DNA of 64,000 nt from Squalus acanthias. Its lineage: Eukaryota. The DNA is taken from the NCBI GenBank assembly GCA_030390025.1, contig CM059438.1, positions 64,668,001-64,732,000 of the forward strand, written 5' to 3'. Of this stretch, positions 13,337-26,022 are shown piece by piece (positions within the stretch are counted from its first letter, which is position 1; each line of letters begins with the position of its first letter). The translations under genes and the position numbers were made by a program. Below the pieces are notes generated by a model that saw nothing but the letters and a program-made list of their open reading frames with translations, was not told the origin of the DNA and searched no databases.

Positions 13337-14794
13337 AATTTATACTTTCATTCCTTGTTTTTCCTCCCAAAATGCAACATGTGTCGTATTACCCCAGTAT
13401 ATCTATGTTGCAGCTTTTCCATATTTCTGATGTCCTTTCCATAATAGGATGCCTAAAACTGCACACAGTGTAGACCACAGAATCCAATTTTCCCTTTTTA
13501 TGACTTTTTTCCACCTGTCATTCTGCTCTTGAAGATCTATGTGTCTGCACCCCTAGATCTTATTCCCAAAACACACTACTTTATATTTGTCCATATTATC
13601 CACCACACATTTATTCTATCACTAGACCATTAATAAAAACAAAATGGAAGTCCAAACAAACACTAATGAAAAAGAAACATGATGTTGCCCTATAGAATTG
13701 AGGGCTACTATGTCAACTCAACACAGAAACAGTGACACATATGCACACAAGTACTGGCATTCCAAGGACAAGTAAGGTCATTAATAAATTACAAACGAGT
13801 TTCAGCAAAACTGTCCTGTTTGGGCCGTAAGATATTTCTTATCCGCTATATTTAATGACGTTGGAAATGTCACGGCTATCTGCAGAAACAGGCAGAATGA
13901 TGCTTAACATTAAAAATTGTACGATTCATTGTCACATGTCTGAGCAGAATACAGAAACACTTTCATTATGTGTAGCCAGTTGATAAGAAAATAAATGATT
14001 GTTAGTCAGTCGCTGTTCAGAGAGCAGATCAGGAATAGCCAACTTACTTTGTTTTGAAACCGCAGTAAAGTGTCGAGCAATAGCCGGAGGAATGCACAAT
14101 GCACAATGATTGGAGCGCACTAGAAATCAGTTTGGGAGGTCACTGAGGGAGCCAGCATTAACAGACTGAAGTTGTACCAGAGTCAGACCTGATGAGACTG
14201 CGTCATCAGAAACAAGTTGCTAGTGTGATCTTTTTATGATTTAGGATGTTGTCAGATTGATTAGCCCTTTCTGTTTCTGTGACCGCTACGAGGACTATTG
14301 TTCGTGTTACACAAACGCAATCACCGGGTTTTTATTCTGAACACGACAGCCCAGGACTGCGCTCGCACAGAAGCGGATTCAGATTGAAAACCACTTTAAT
14401 GAAAATATAACTGCAGTGTTTTGTGTCAAGTACAATGGCAAAGCAGCACATTCTTGTGTACAAAAGACTTGGCATCAATCCCACGTCTCCTTTTATGTAA
14501 AATTTCAAATGGGTAGCAGGACCAAAATCCCTCAGTGCAAAAGCTCACGGAGTTTACATAAAGGGTGAGATCTGAGTAGCAATTATTCAGTGAGATGATT
14601 GAGACATAAACCAACGCATATCAGTGCTCCATTTTCCCACCAGTTTTCTTCTTTCGTGATGGCGCTGTTTTGTTTGCTGCGAGTTCTGGTTCCGTGGATA
14701 GCCCTTGGCACTTCGCTCAAATGGCCCTTATTTATCTGTGAGTTTGGGTCATGAGTAATACTAAGCCACTCAACTATTGGGCCTATCACAGATA

Positions 14795-15413
14795 GATTCA
14801 TAGAATGATACAGCATAGAAGGAGGCTCTTTGAAAGAGCTATCCATTTAGTCCCACTCCCCCCTGCTCTTTCCTCATAGCCCTGCAAATTTTTCCCCTTC
14901 GAGTATTTATCCAATTCCCTTTTGAAAGTTACTATTGAATCTGCTTCCATGCCCTGCAGTGCATTCCAGATCATAACAACTCACTGTGTAAGAATTTTTT
15001 TTTCCTCATTTCTCTCTGGTTCTTCTGCCACTTCCCCTAAATCTGTGTCCTCTGGTTACCGACCTTCCTGCCAGTGGAAACAGTTTCTCCTTAATTACTC
15101 AATCTAAGACCTTTATGATTTTGAACACCTCTATCAAATCTCCCCTTAACCTTCTCTGCTCTAAGGAGAACAATCCCAGTTTATCCAATCTCTCCAGATA
15201 ACTGAAATCTCACATCCCTGATATAATTCTTGTAAATCTCCCCTTAACCTTCTCTGCTCGAAGGAGAACAATCCCAGTTTATCCAATCTCTCCAGATAAC
15301 TGAAATCTCACATCCCTGATACCATTCTTGTAAATCTCCCCTTAACCTTCTCTGCTCTAAGGAGAACAATCCCAGCTTCTCTAGTCTCTCCACATAACTG
15401 AAGTCCCTCATCC
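14795..15413 (-). mobile_element. CR1 3' fragment with internal tandem triplication
   Basis: ERLEKLGLFSLEQRRLRGDL and a CR1 3' UTR. Confidence 0.8.
15136..15413. repeat. 98-bp tandem repeat, about 2.8 copies
   Basis: Unit aaatctccccttaaccttctctgctc... starts at 15136, 15234 and 15332. Confidence 0.9.
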
Positions 15414-15673
15414 CAATCCTGTTATTGTCACATCCACAACCCTGAACTTTGATCAGAGTCAACGGATAGCAGAGCAGGAGTCCGGGTTGTATTTTTTAAG
15501 TCACTGCAGTCACTAAGGTTAAAGGTAGCATCCCGACTTGGTGACCTGCTTGATCTCAGCAAACGCAGCACAAACCAGGAATCAAAGCTTGGACCTTCAT
15601 GGTCTGGGATCAGTTACACGCTGGATAAATTCAACTCTGCCATCAGAGAAGCACTGTGAATTTTTATATATAT

Positions 15674-16897
15674 AAACAAAATTTGACACCGAGCCACATA
15701 AGGAGATATTAGGACAGATGACTAAAAGCTTGGTCAAAGAGGTCGGCTTTAAGGAGCGTCTTAAAGTAGGAAAGAGAGGCGGAGAGGTTTAGGCAGGGAA
15801 TTCCAGAGCTTAGAGACTCGGCAGCTGAAGGCATGGCCACCGATGGTGGAGTGAAGGAAGTTGGGGATGCTCGAGGCCAGAATTGGAAGAGTGCAGATAT
15901 ATCGGAGGATTGTAGGAGATTACAGAGATAGGGAGGGGCAATGGAGGGACTTGAAAACAAGGACGAGAATTTAAAAACGAGCGGTTACTTAACCGGGAGC
16001 CAATATAGGTCAGCAAGCACAGGGGTGATGGGCGAATGGGACTTGCTGCGAGTTAGGACACGGGCAGCAGAGTTTTGGATGACCTCAAGTTTACGGATGG
16101 TAGAAAATGGGAGGCTAGCCAGGTGTGCGTTGGAACAGTCAAGTTTAGAGATAACAAAGGCATGGATGAGGGTTTCAGCAGCAGATGAGCTGAGGCAAAG
16201 GCGGAGTTGGGCACTGTTATGCGAGAGGTGGAAATAGGCGGTTTTAGTGATGGTGCAGATACGTGGTCGGAAGCTCATCTCGGGGTCAAATACGACACCA
16301 AAGTTGTGAACAGTCTGGTTGAGCCTCAGACAGTTGCCAGGGAGAGGGATTGAGTCGGCGGCTAGGGAATGAAGTTTGTGACTGGGATCGAAAACAATTG
16401 CTTCTATCTTCCCTATAGTTATTTGGAGGAAATTTCTGCTCATCCAGTACTGGATGTCGAACACGCAGTGTGTCAATTTAGAGACAATGGAGGGGTCGAG
16501 AGAGGTGGTGGTGAGGTAGAGCTGGATGTCATCAGCGTACATGTGGAAACTGATGCTGTGTTTTTGGATGATGTCGCCGAGGGGCAGCATGTAGATGAGA
16601 AATAGGAGGGGGCCAAGGATAGATTGAGTGAAATGGTTAAGGCTAATTGCTATTTCAGTATATATTTCTCCGCTGTTGGTGTACTACGTGAACTAGCTCA
16701 CCTTTGTACGTCTTCACATTATTATAATCTACATGAATTAATTTGATGTCTCATTATTCACCAACGCTGGATAGTGCATGTGTGTGCTTGTTATGCAAGG
16801 GCAGGATCTGATTCGGCTCCGACACTTGCCGCAGTCAAATAGCCTGCCGACACTCGCTGCTAGGTTCACACGTAAAAAATAATGGCCATTTGCGTGA
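15674..16897 (-). repeat. Left arm of an inverted duplication (L2 fragment 15674-16622 plus ~275 bp non-L2 DNA)
   Basis: Reverse complement of 18458-18851 + 25207-25249 + 26023-26815. L2 RT ORF 15985-16590 ([10 protein letters not shown]). Confidence 0.92.
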
Positions 16898-16927
16898 TGC
16901 TTAATGAATGAATTGGATAAAGATAAT

Positions 16928-17640
16928 GGGAGAGAAATTCGATAACGCTAGGAAACGGGCATGGGCACCGCGATGCGAGATATGCCCGTGCCCATTCAAA
17001 AAGCGCAGGCAGCATGTCAATTTCATGCTGCCTGCTAATTACCATGATAGCAGCGCACACAGCCTAGTGCAGAATGCGCTGCTGACTGCCTGTTCACCCG
17101 GCAGGGGGACGAATTTCACGTCGCTGGAGCGAGGCTAGCTTTACTTAAAGTTAGCCTGCTCCTCTTCAAGGCAGTCTGCACCTCTTAAAGGTGAGCTGCC
17201 TTCTGCTGATCAAAAATGGCAAATGTGCTTCAACACTAACACAAATGGCACAACAGGCCAGGGAAAGGGCACCCAGGGTCTCAGATTCAAGCTTTGTACA
17301 GGGGGCCAACACTGGAAGAGAGTTCGTTACCCACAGGAGGCCAGGACACCCTCCAGACAGACGGATGTGGGACCAGATTGCCGAGGCTGTCACTGCCAGC
17401 AGTGTTACCCCAGGACCTGGCTCTAGTGCCCAAAGAGGTTTCATGACCTCAGATGAGTGGTCAAGGTCAGTGAATGCATCTTCAAAAGCCGTCTCCTACC
17501 AACTGCACCACTGGCCTCACACACTGCTCAATGCACAACACCACCCCCCCCCCCCCCCACTCCCTGCCCCTACTATCACCTATCAACAATCTCTACCAAA
17601 CACGAGGCATACCTCACATTCCTAGCTTCACCTCACCCCC
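16928..17640 (+). mobile_element. Solo Harbinger left end with Myb/SANT exon 1 and intron 1
   Basis: TIR GGGAGAGAAATTC, then MAQQARERAPRVSD...MWDQIAEAVTASSV. The intron resembles 41806-41950. Confidence 0.8.
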
Positions 17641-18457
17641 TTGGAGGAGACGGTGCTAGCCATTCTAAGCCATTCTTGGCCAGAGGCGCTCTGAAAGAAT
17701 ACAGGACGCCCACATCCTGTGAACGAATACATTTATTTTTTAAACATGTTTCCTTATTTGCTCTTTACTGGTCATGTCTACCACCCTTGTTGCTTTGGCC
17801 CCATCAGTCCTCTGGTCTTATGTTGTTTAAAATCATCATTCATGTTTGTCTAGTCAGTGACTGCCCAAACCCGTGCATCATGTCTGACACAGTATTCCAT
17901 CCCGGTATCTTCCCTCCACTATTCTACGGTTCCTTTCACCTTTCTCCCATCATTTCTGCAGCCTTACAGCTTGCTTCTAATCTCCATTCATTACTTAATC
18001 AATGCCTAAGTTAAGTTACCATTCCTCAATTGATTTTTGGAATGCTAACAGTAATTATGTTCCTGTCTCATCTCTTTGTGAGTCTTCCATTCTCTTTCTA
18101 CATCAGGCAAGACTGCTGGAGGGCCAAGCTCTTTTTCTCAGTTGTACCATGTGCTCTTGCCATTTATCCAAGTAGTATTTGCAGTTGGACTGTGGCTTGT
18201 TGTACGGGTTTGGGCCTACCACTGCTCATCCTTTAATTTAGCTACATCTGCTGCCCTGTGCGCTCCTTGTATAATCCATAATCTTTTTCCCATGATTGAC
18301 AGCGCAGAACTGGAGAAAATGTGGTTGTCATTCAACCGAGGATAATCGGCTTTTATTTTTGTCTCCCTCCAAAGGTTTTCTCCCCAGCTCTTTAGAAGGA
18401 ACTGAACCATGCTGAAGTAAAGCTTCACATGCGATGCCTATCCTCCGCCCCAGCAAC

Positions 18458-18851
18458 TCACTCAAATGGCCATTATTTTTTACGTGTGAACCTAGCAGCG
18501 AGTGTCGGCAGGCTATTTGACTACGGCAAGTGTCGGAGCCGAATCAGAACCTGCCCTTGCATGACAAGCACACACATGCACTTTGCAGCGTTGGTGAATA
18601 CTGAGACATCAAATTAATTCATGTAGATTATAATAATGTGAAGACGTACAAAGGTGAGCTAATTCACCAAGTACACCAACAACGGAGAAATATATAATGA
18701 AACAGCAATTAGCCTTAACCATTTCACTCAATCTATCCTTGGCCCCCACCTATTTCTCATCTACATGCTGCCCCTCGGCGACATCATCAGAAAACAAAGT
18801 GCCAGTTTCCACATGTACGCTGACGACATCCAGCTCTACCTCACCACCACC
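18458..18851 (+). repeat. Right arm of the inverted duplication, first segment
   Basis: Reverse complement of ~16503-16897, with the same L2 5' junction (ctcaatctatccttggccccc). Confidence 0.92.
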
Positions 18852-19432
18852 TACATAAGACCATAAGAAATAGGAGCAGGAGCAGGCCATTTGGCCCCTC
18901 GAACCTGCTCTGCCATTTAATGAGATCATGGCTGATCTGATTTTGGCCTCAACTCCACTTTCCTGCCCGTTCCCCATAAACCTTGACTCTCCTGTTGCTC
19001 AAACATCTGTCTATCTCAGCCTTGAATATATTCAATGACTCAGCTTCCACAGCTCTCTGGGGTAAAGAATTCCAAAGATTCACGACCCTCAGAGAAGAAA
19101 TTCTTCCTCATCTCTGTCTTAAATGGGCGACCCCTTATTCTGAGATTATGCCCCCTGAGGAGGGGAAACATCCTCTCAGCATCTACCCTGTCCAACCCCC
19201 TCAGAATCTTATATGTTTCAATAAGATCACCTCTCATTCTTCTAAACTCCAATGAGTATAGGCCCAACCTGTTCAACCTTTCCTCATAAGACAACCCTTC
19301 CATCCCAGGAATCAACCTAGTGAACCTTCTCTGAACTGCCTCCAATGCAAGTATATCCCTCCTTAAATAAGGGGACCAAAACTGTACGCAGTACTCTAGG
19401 TGTGGTCTCACCAGCGCCCTGTACAGTTGCAG

Positions 19433-21003
19433 TAATTACAGAGGAGTTTCCCTGCTGTCTGCCACAGGGAAAGTCATCGCAAGAATCCTCCTCAATCGCC
19501 TTCTCCCAGTGGCCGAAGAGCTCCTCCCAGAGTCGCAATGCGGTTTCCACCCACTAAGGGGCACAATGGACATGATCTTCACTGTGCGTCAATTACAAGA
19601 AAAATGCAGGGAACAGCACCAACCGCTGTACATGGTCTTATTTGATCTCACAGAGGTCTTCGACACTGTCAACCATGAGGATTATGGAGTGTCCTCCTCA
19701 AATTCGGCTGCACTCAAAAGTTTGTCACCATCCTCCACCTGCTTCACGACAACATGCAAGCTGTGATCCTGACCAACAGTTCCACCACAGACACAATTCA
19801 TGTACGGACCGGGGTCAAGCAAGGCTGTGTCATCACACCAACGCTCTTCTCGATCTTCCTTGCTGCAATGCTCCGTCTCACCCTCAATAAGCTCCCCGCT
19901 GGAGTGGAGCTAATTTACAGAACAAACGGAAAACTGTTCAACCTCCGTTGCCTCCAGCCCAGATCCAAGGTCGTCCCATCCTCTGTCGTAGAATTACAGT
20001 ATGCAGACGACGCTTACATCTGCGCTCACTCGGATGTCGAACTCCAAACCATCGTCAACACCTTCACCGAAGCGTACGAGAGCATGGGCCTTACACTAAA
20101 CATCCGTAAGACAAAGGTCCTCCACCAACCTGCTCCCACCACACAGTACTGCCCCCCGATTATCAAAATCCACAACAAGGCCTTGGACAATGTGGACCAC
20201 TTTCCATACCTCGGGAGCCTACTGTCAACAAGGGCAGATGTCGATGACGAAGTCCAACACCGCCTTCAGTGTGCCAGTGCAGCCTTCGGTCACCTGAGGA
20301 AGATAGTGTTTGAAGACCAGGACCTCAAACCCGGCACTAAGCTCATGGTCTACAGAACAGCAGTGATACCCGCCCTCCTGTATGCCTCAGAGACATGGAC
20401 CATGTACAGCAGGCACCTCAAAGCACTGGAGAGGTACTACCAACGCTGCCTCCGCAGGATCCTGCAAATCCATTGGCAGGATTGGCGCACCAACGTCTGT
20501 GTTCTCGCTCAGGCCAACATCCCCAGCATCGAAGCTTTGACCACGCTCGATCAGCTCTGATGGACGGGTCACATCGTCCGCATGCCCAATACAAGACTCC
20601 CAAAACAAGCGCTCTATTCGGAGCTCCGACACGGCAAGAGAGCCCCAGGTGGGTAGAGGAAACGCTTCAAGGACACTCTCAAAGCCTCCTTGAAAAAGTG
20701 CAACATCCCCACCGACACCTGGGAATCCCTGGCCCAAGACTGCACAAAGTGAAGGAGAAGCATCCGGGAAGGCGCCGAACACCTCGAGTCTCTTCACCGG
20801 GAGCAAGCGGAAGCCAAGCACAAGCAGCACAAGGAGCGCACGTCAACCCAAGCACCCCACCGACCCGTCCCTTCAACCACCATCTACCCCACCTGTGACA
20901 GAGACTGTAGGTCCCGTATTGGACTCATCAGTCTCCTGAGAACTCATTTTTAACGTGGAAGCAAGTCATCCTCGGTTCCAAGGGACTGCCTAAGAAGAAG
21001 AAG
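19433..21003 (+). mobile_element. 5'-truncated RTE (BovB-like) LINE nested in CR1
   Basis: NYRGVSLLS, LPESQCGF, GVKQGCVITPTLF, LQYADD, FPYLGS; (AAG)n tail. Degenerate 14-bp TSD tacagttgcagtaa (19422-19435) / tagagttgtagcaa (21004-21017). Confidence 0.92.
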
Positions 21004-24000
21004 TAGAGTTGTAGCAAGACTTCCCTACTTTTATACTCTATCCCCCTTGATATAAAAGCAAACACTCCATTTGCCTTCCTAATTACTTGCTGCACCTGCA
21101 TGTTAACTTTTTGTGTTTCATGTACGAGGAAACCCAAATCCCTCTGTACTGCCTCATTCTGTAGTCTTTCTGCATTTAAATAATATTTTTCTTTTCTATT
21201 CTTCCTACCAAAGTGTATAACTTCACATTTTCCCACATTATACTCCATCTGCCAAATTCTTGCCCACTCACTTAACCTATCTATATCCCTTTGCAGACTC
21301 TTTATGCCCTCCTCAAAACTTGCTTTCCCACCTATCTTTGTATCATCCGCAAATTTGGCTACAATACACTTGCTTCCTTCGTCCAAGTCATTGATACAGA
21401 TTGAACATAGTTGAGGCCCCAGCACTGATCCCTGTGGCACCCCACTAGTTACAGATTGCCATCCTGAAAATGACCCATTTATCCCGACTCTCTGTTTTCT
21501 GTTAGTTAGCCAATCCTTTATCCAATCTAATATATTACCCCCAACACCCTGAGCTCTTATCTTATGCAGTAACCTTTTATGTGGCACCTTGTCAAATGCC
21601 TTCTGGAAATCCAATTACACTACATCTACTGGTTCCCCTTTATCCACCCTGCTCGTTACCTCCTCAAAGAACTCTAATAGATTTGTCAAACACGACTTCC
21701 CTTTCATAAAACCATGTTGACTCTGTTTGATTGTATTATGATTTTCTAAATGCCCTGCTATTACTTCCTTAATAATGGATTTGAGCATTTTGCCAATGAC
21801 AGATGTTAGGCTAACTGGCCTGTAGTTTCCTGCTTTCTATCTCCCTCCTTTTTTGAATAAGGGCGTTACATTTGCGGTTTTCCAATCCGCTGGAACTTTT
21901 CCAGTGTCTAGGGAATTTTGGAAGATTACAACCAACGCATCCACTATCTCTGTAGCCACTTCTTTTAAGACCCTAGGATCCAGGCCATCAGGTCCAGGGG
22001 ACTTGTCAGCCTTTAGACCCATAAGTTTGCCGAGCACTTTTTCTCTAGTGATAGTGATTGTGTTAAGTTCCTCCCTCTCTGTTGCCCCTTGATTTTCTAC
22101 TATTACTGGGATGTTTTTAGTGTCGAGCAGGGCGGATAAAGGGGAACCAGTAGATGTAGTGTATTTAGAGTCATGGCACAGAAGGAGGCCATTCGGCCCA
22201 TCGAGTCCATGCCGGAATTCGGTGCTGGAAGCAACTGATGCCACAAAGACATCAGCAAATGCTGTTGAAAAACTAGAAAAAAAACATAATACAATACATA
22301 GATCTTTAATTCATACCTATTTATGTTATTCTGAATCTACATGGGAGTAGTTTTGTCACTGCATGCCTGCCTGCGCAAGTGGAAATTTAAAAGTCCCACT
22401 TTGAAAGGGATACTATACTATTAAAATGTAGTGGTTGCAAGCAGAAGAAACACATTACAAAATGTTAAACCCAAGCCACAGAATGATGCTTTGTAAAGGT
22501 GGAGAGAATTGCATAATATAATTCCTAAAATACAGAAACATCCTTTGTCTCGTGAGAAAATTTGCATTAAAAGCAGAAATCTGGAGATGTGAAACAGAAT
22601 ACTGGCAACACAGCAGGGTGGTGAACAGTGATAAGTTAACATTTCAGATTGCATACTTTCATCAGAACTGATGAACAGAAAGGGGATGAGGGTTAAGTAT
22701 TGATGAATTAACTAACCTGCTTAAAAAGAGATGCTGGATGACTAAATTGATCTATACATCAAGACAACTGATAAAGATATTAGAGAAACAAATGAATAGC
22801 TAAAGCAGTGGGATGGAACTAAAAGAACAGAACAGAAGATGGGAGATATTTAAAAGCCTGTAGATCAGATCTCAAACGATAAGTCAACAAGGTGAAGACA
22901 GATACAAAATATGTGTTCAATGCCTCTGCCATTTCCTTGTTTCCCATTATTATTTCCCCAGTCTCGTCCTCTAAGGGACCAACGTTTACTTTAACTACTC
23001 TCTTCCTTTTATATACTTGTAGAAGCTCTTACTGTCGGTTTTAATATTTCTTGCTAGTTTACTCTCATAAGCTATTTTCTCCCTCTTTATTATTTTTTTT
23101 AGTCATACTTTGCTGGTTTCTAAAATTTTCCCAATCATCTGGCCTACCACTAATCTTTGCAACATTGTATGCCTTTTCTTTCAATTTGATACCATCTTTA
23201 ACTTCCTTGGTTAGCCATGGTTGGTTCATCCTTCTCTTCTAGTCTTTCTTTCTCACTGAAATATATCTTTGTTGAAATATCTCTTTAAATATCTGCCACT
23301 GCTTTTCTACCTTCTTACCTTCTAATCTATTTTCCCAACTCTCTCCTCATACCTTTGTAATTGCCTTTATTTAAGTTTAATACTTTAGTTTCAGACCCAA
23401 GTTTCTCACCTTCAAACTGAATGTGGAATTCTATCATGTTATGATCACTCTTCCCTAGAGGATCCTTTACTATGAGATCATTAATTAATCCTGTTTATTA
23501 CACATTACCAGATCTAAAATAACCTGTTCCCTGGTCGATTCCACAGCGTATTGTTCCAAGAAACTGTCCCGAATACACTCAATGAACTTATCCTCAAGGC
23601 TGCTTTTGCCAATTTGATTTGTCCAATCTATATGAAGATTAAGATCGCCCACGATTATTGCAGCACCTTTCTTACAAGCCCCCATTATTTCTTGATTTAT
23701 ACTCTGTCCTATAGTGTAGCTACTGTTCGGGGGCCTATAGACTACTCCCACCAGTGCCTTCTTTCCCTTACTATTTCTTACCTCCGCCCAAATTGATTCT
23801 ACATCTGGAAATTCCGAGCCAAGATCATTTCTCACTATTGTACTGATCTCTTCCTTTATTAACAGACCTACCCCACCTACTTTTCCTTTCTGTCTATCCT
23901 TCCAAAATGTCCAATACCCCTGAATATTCAGTCCCCAGCCTTGGTCACGTTGCAACCACGTCTCCATTAGATCATACCCATTTATTTCTATTTGTGCCAT

Positions 24001-24263
24001 CAATTCATCAATCTTGTTACGAATGCTGCTTGCATTCGGATAAAGAGCCTTTAATATTGTCTTTTTATCATTTTTCCCTACTCTGACCTTATTTGTTGGT
24101 GCACTCTTATGTTTGTACGCTCTGTCCTTTCCTGTCACACTCTGGTTTTCATTGCCCATATCGCTACCCTGCACTATTTACCTGTCCTTTCTCTTTAACT
24201 TTCTAAATTTCTCCTCGCTTGAAACCTCCCCCCACTATTTAGTTTAAAGCCCTATCTACAGCC

Positions 24264-25181
24264 CTAGTTATTTGATTTGCCAGGACACTGGTCCCAGCAT
24301 GGTTCAAGTGAAGGCCGTCCCAACGGAACAGCTCCCTCTTTCCCCAGTACTGGTGCCAGTGCCTCATTTCTCCCACACCAATCCTTGAGCCACGCATTCA
24401 ACTCTCTGATCTTATTGACCCTATGCCAATTTGCTTGTGGCTCAGGTAGTAATCCAGAGATTATAACCTTTGTGGTTCTGCTTTTTAATTTAGACCCTAG
24501 CTGCTCATACTCCCTCAGCAGAACCTCTTTCTTAGTCTTACCTATGTCGTTGGTTCCTACGTGGACCACGACAACTGGGTCCTTCCCCTCCCACTCCAGG
24601 TTCCTCTCCAGCCCCGAGGAGATGTCCTTAACCCTGGCACTGGGCAGGCAACACAGCCTTCGGGACTCACGCTCTCAGCTGCAGAGAACAGTATCTATCC
24701 CCCTAACTATACTGTCCCCTACCACTACGACATTCCTTTTTACACCCCCCACTTGAATGGCCCCCTGAACCACGGTGCCATGTTCAGTTTGCTCATCCTC
24801 CCTGCAGTCCCTGATCTCGTCGACATAGGTTGCAAGAACCTCGTAACTGTTGGACAAGTGCAAGGGCTGAGGCTCCTCCAATGCTAACTCCTGGATCCCC
24901 ATACCTGCCTCACTCGCAGTCACACACTCCTGTCCCTGAGCACGGGCCAAATCTGAAGTCTTTAACCTTAGGGGTGTGACTGCCTCCTGGAACAAAGTGT
25001 CCAAGTAACTTTCTCCCTCCCTGATGTATCGCAATGTCTGCAGCTCGGACTCCAGCTCATCAACTCTGAGCCGAAGTTCCTCGAGCTGCAGACACTTAGT
25101 GCAGATGTGGTCACCCTGGATCACACTGGTGTCCACCAGCTCCCACATGCTACAGCTGCAACACATCACCTGCCTTGCCAT
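24264..25181 (-). pseudogene. CR1 ORF1p: N-terminal Cys/His zinc-binding and coiled-coil region plus SGNH esterase-like domain (disrupted)
   Basis: CCSCSMW...HICTKC..LEELRLRVDELESEL, VVVGDSIVRG and VHVGTND motifs. Confidence 0.85.
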
Positions 25182-25249
25182 CTCTATTGTATTTTATTTA
25201 ATTAATCACCTCTATTGACCCCTCCATTGTCTCTAAATTGACACACTAT

Positions 25250-26022
25250 GGGGTAAAAATTGAGTCGCGCCCCATTTGGGGCGCTAACCTCGCCGGGGCG
25301 CGACTTTTAGCGCCCCGAAAAAATTAGCGGCCCCGCGCCGGAACTTCAGTGGTTGCGCCCCAAGAGGGAAGCGGGGCGCCACTGGAAGCACCCCGCATCC
25401 CTCTTGGGGCGCTGCGAGTGAATATCCTGGCGCTACGTGCCGCAGCGCCACGCGCTGTGGCACGTCGCGCCGCGGTATTGCAGGCCTTCCTCCCCTTCTT
25501 AAAGGGGAGGGACCCTGCGCAGCGCGAACCGGGGCCCAGCTGGGCCCCCAGGGATCGGGAGTGCCGGCAAAAGAGCCCGGCACTCAAGAGAAGTGCCGGG
25601 CTCTTGGAGCGCAGCCGGCACTTCACGGTGGGGGGGCTTCACGGGAGCCGGGGACAGCAACGGGGGCAGGTGCTGGCAGGCGGCCAGCAACAAAAATGGC
25701 CGCCTGCCACCTCCCCTTTAAATATCGGCGCCCCGGCCGCACGTACGCCTCCCTGAACCCGTCGGACATAGCGTCTGGCGGTAAATCAGGGGGCGCGACT
25801 GAAGATCACGGCTGGGGCGCGAGCGGGGTGCTGCGCACGGCGATGACGTCATCGCCGGCGGCGCAGCGCCACAGGGCGCTACCGGCTGCCGCCGCCGCTA
25901 ACCTCCCACTAAATTTTTCGGGAGGCGTGGGCGGCGCTGCACCCGGGCGTTAGCTGCTTTACGCCCCATTAGCGCCCTCTTAAGGCGTTAACGGGAGGCG
26001 CAAGCAGCTGAATTTTTCCCCC
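25250..26022. mobile_element. Harbinger-type MITE family B (773 bp, very GC/CpG-rich)
   Basis: TIRs GGGGTAAAAATT / AATTTTTCCCCC; TSD TAT at 25247-25249 and 26023-26025. Subterminal sequence shared with family A. Confidence 0.92.

Larger units (their letters stand above)
18852..25206 (-). mobile_element. Near full-length CR1 LINE (ORF1 plus APE/RT ORF2), interrupted by an RTE and a ~770 bp foreign segment
   Basis: ORF1 at 24264-25181; endonuclease ORF 23485-24174 (VGVVYRPP, IVGDLN); RT ORF 20928-21614 (DFQKAFDKV, GVPQGSVLGP, KFADD); 3' tail at 18852. TSD cacct at 18847-18851 and 25207-25211 within the L2. Confidence 0.9.

Noticed and set aside
22216..22285. Possible minus-strand exon after a ttttttttctag acceptor
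   Set aside because: It runs directly into CR1 sequence with no donor, and the peptide is unrecognisable.
25284..25953. Many overlapping ORFs and a CpG-island-like segment suggesting a host promoter
   Set aside because: The segment is bounded exactly by MITE TIRs and a TSD, and high GC suppresses stop codons.
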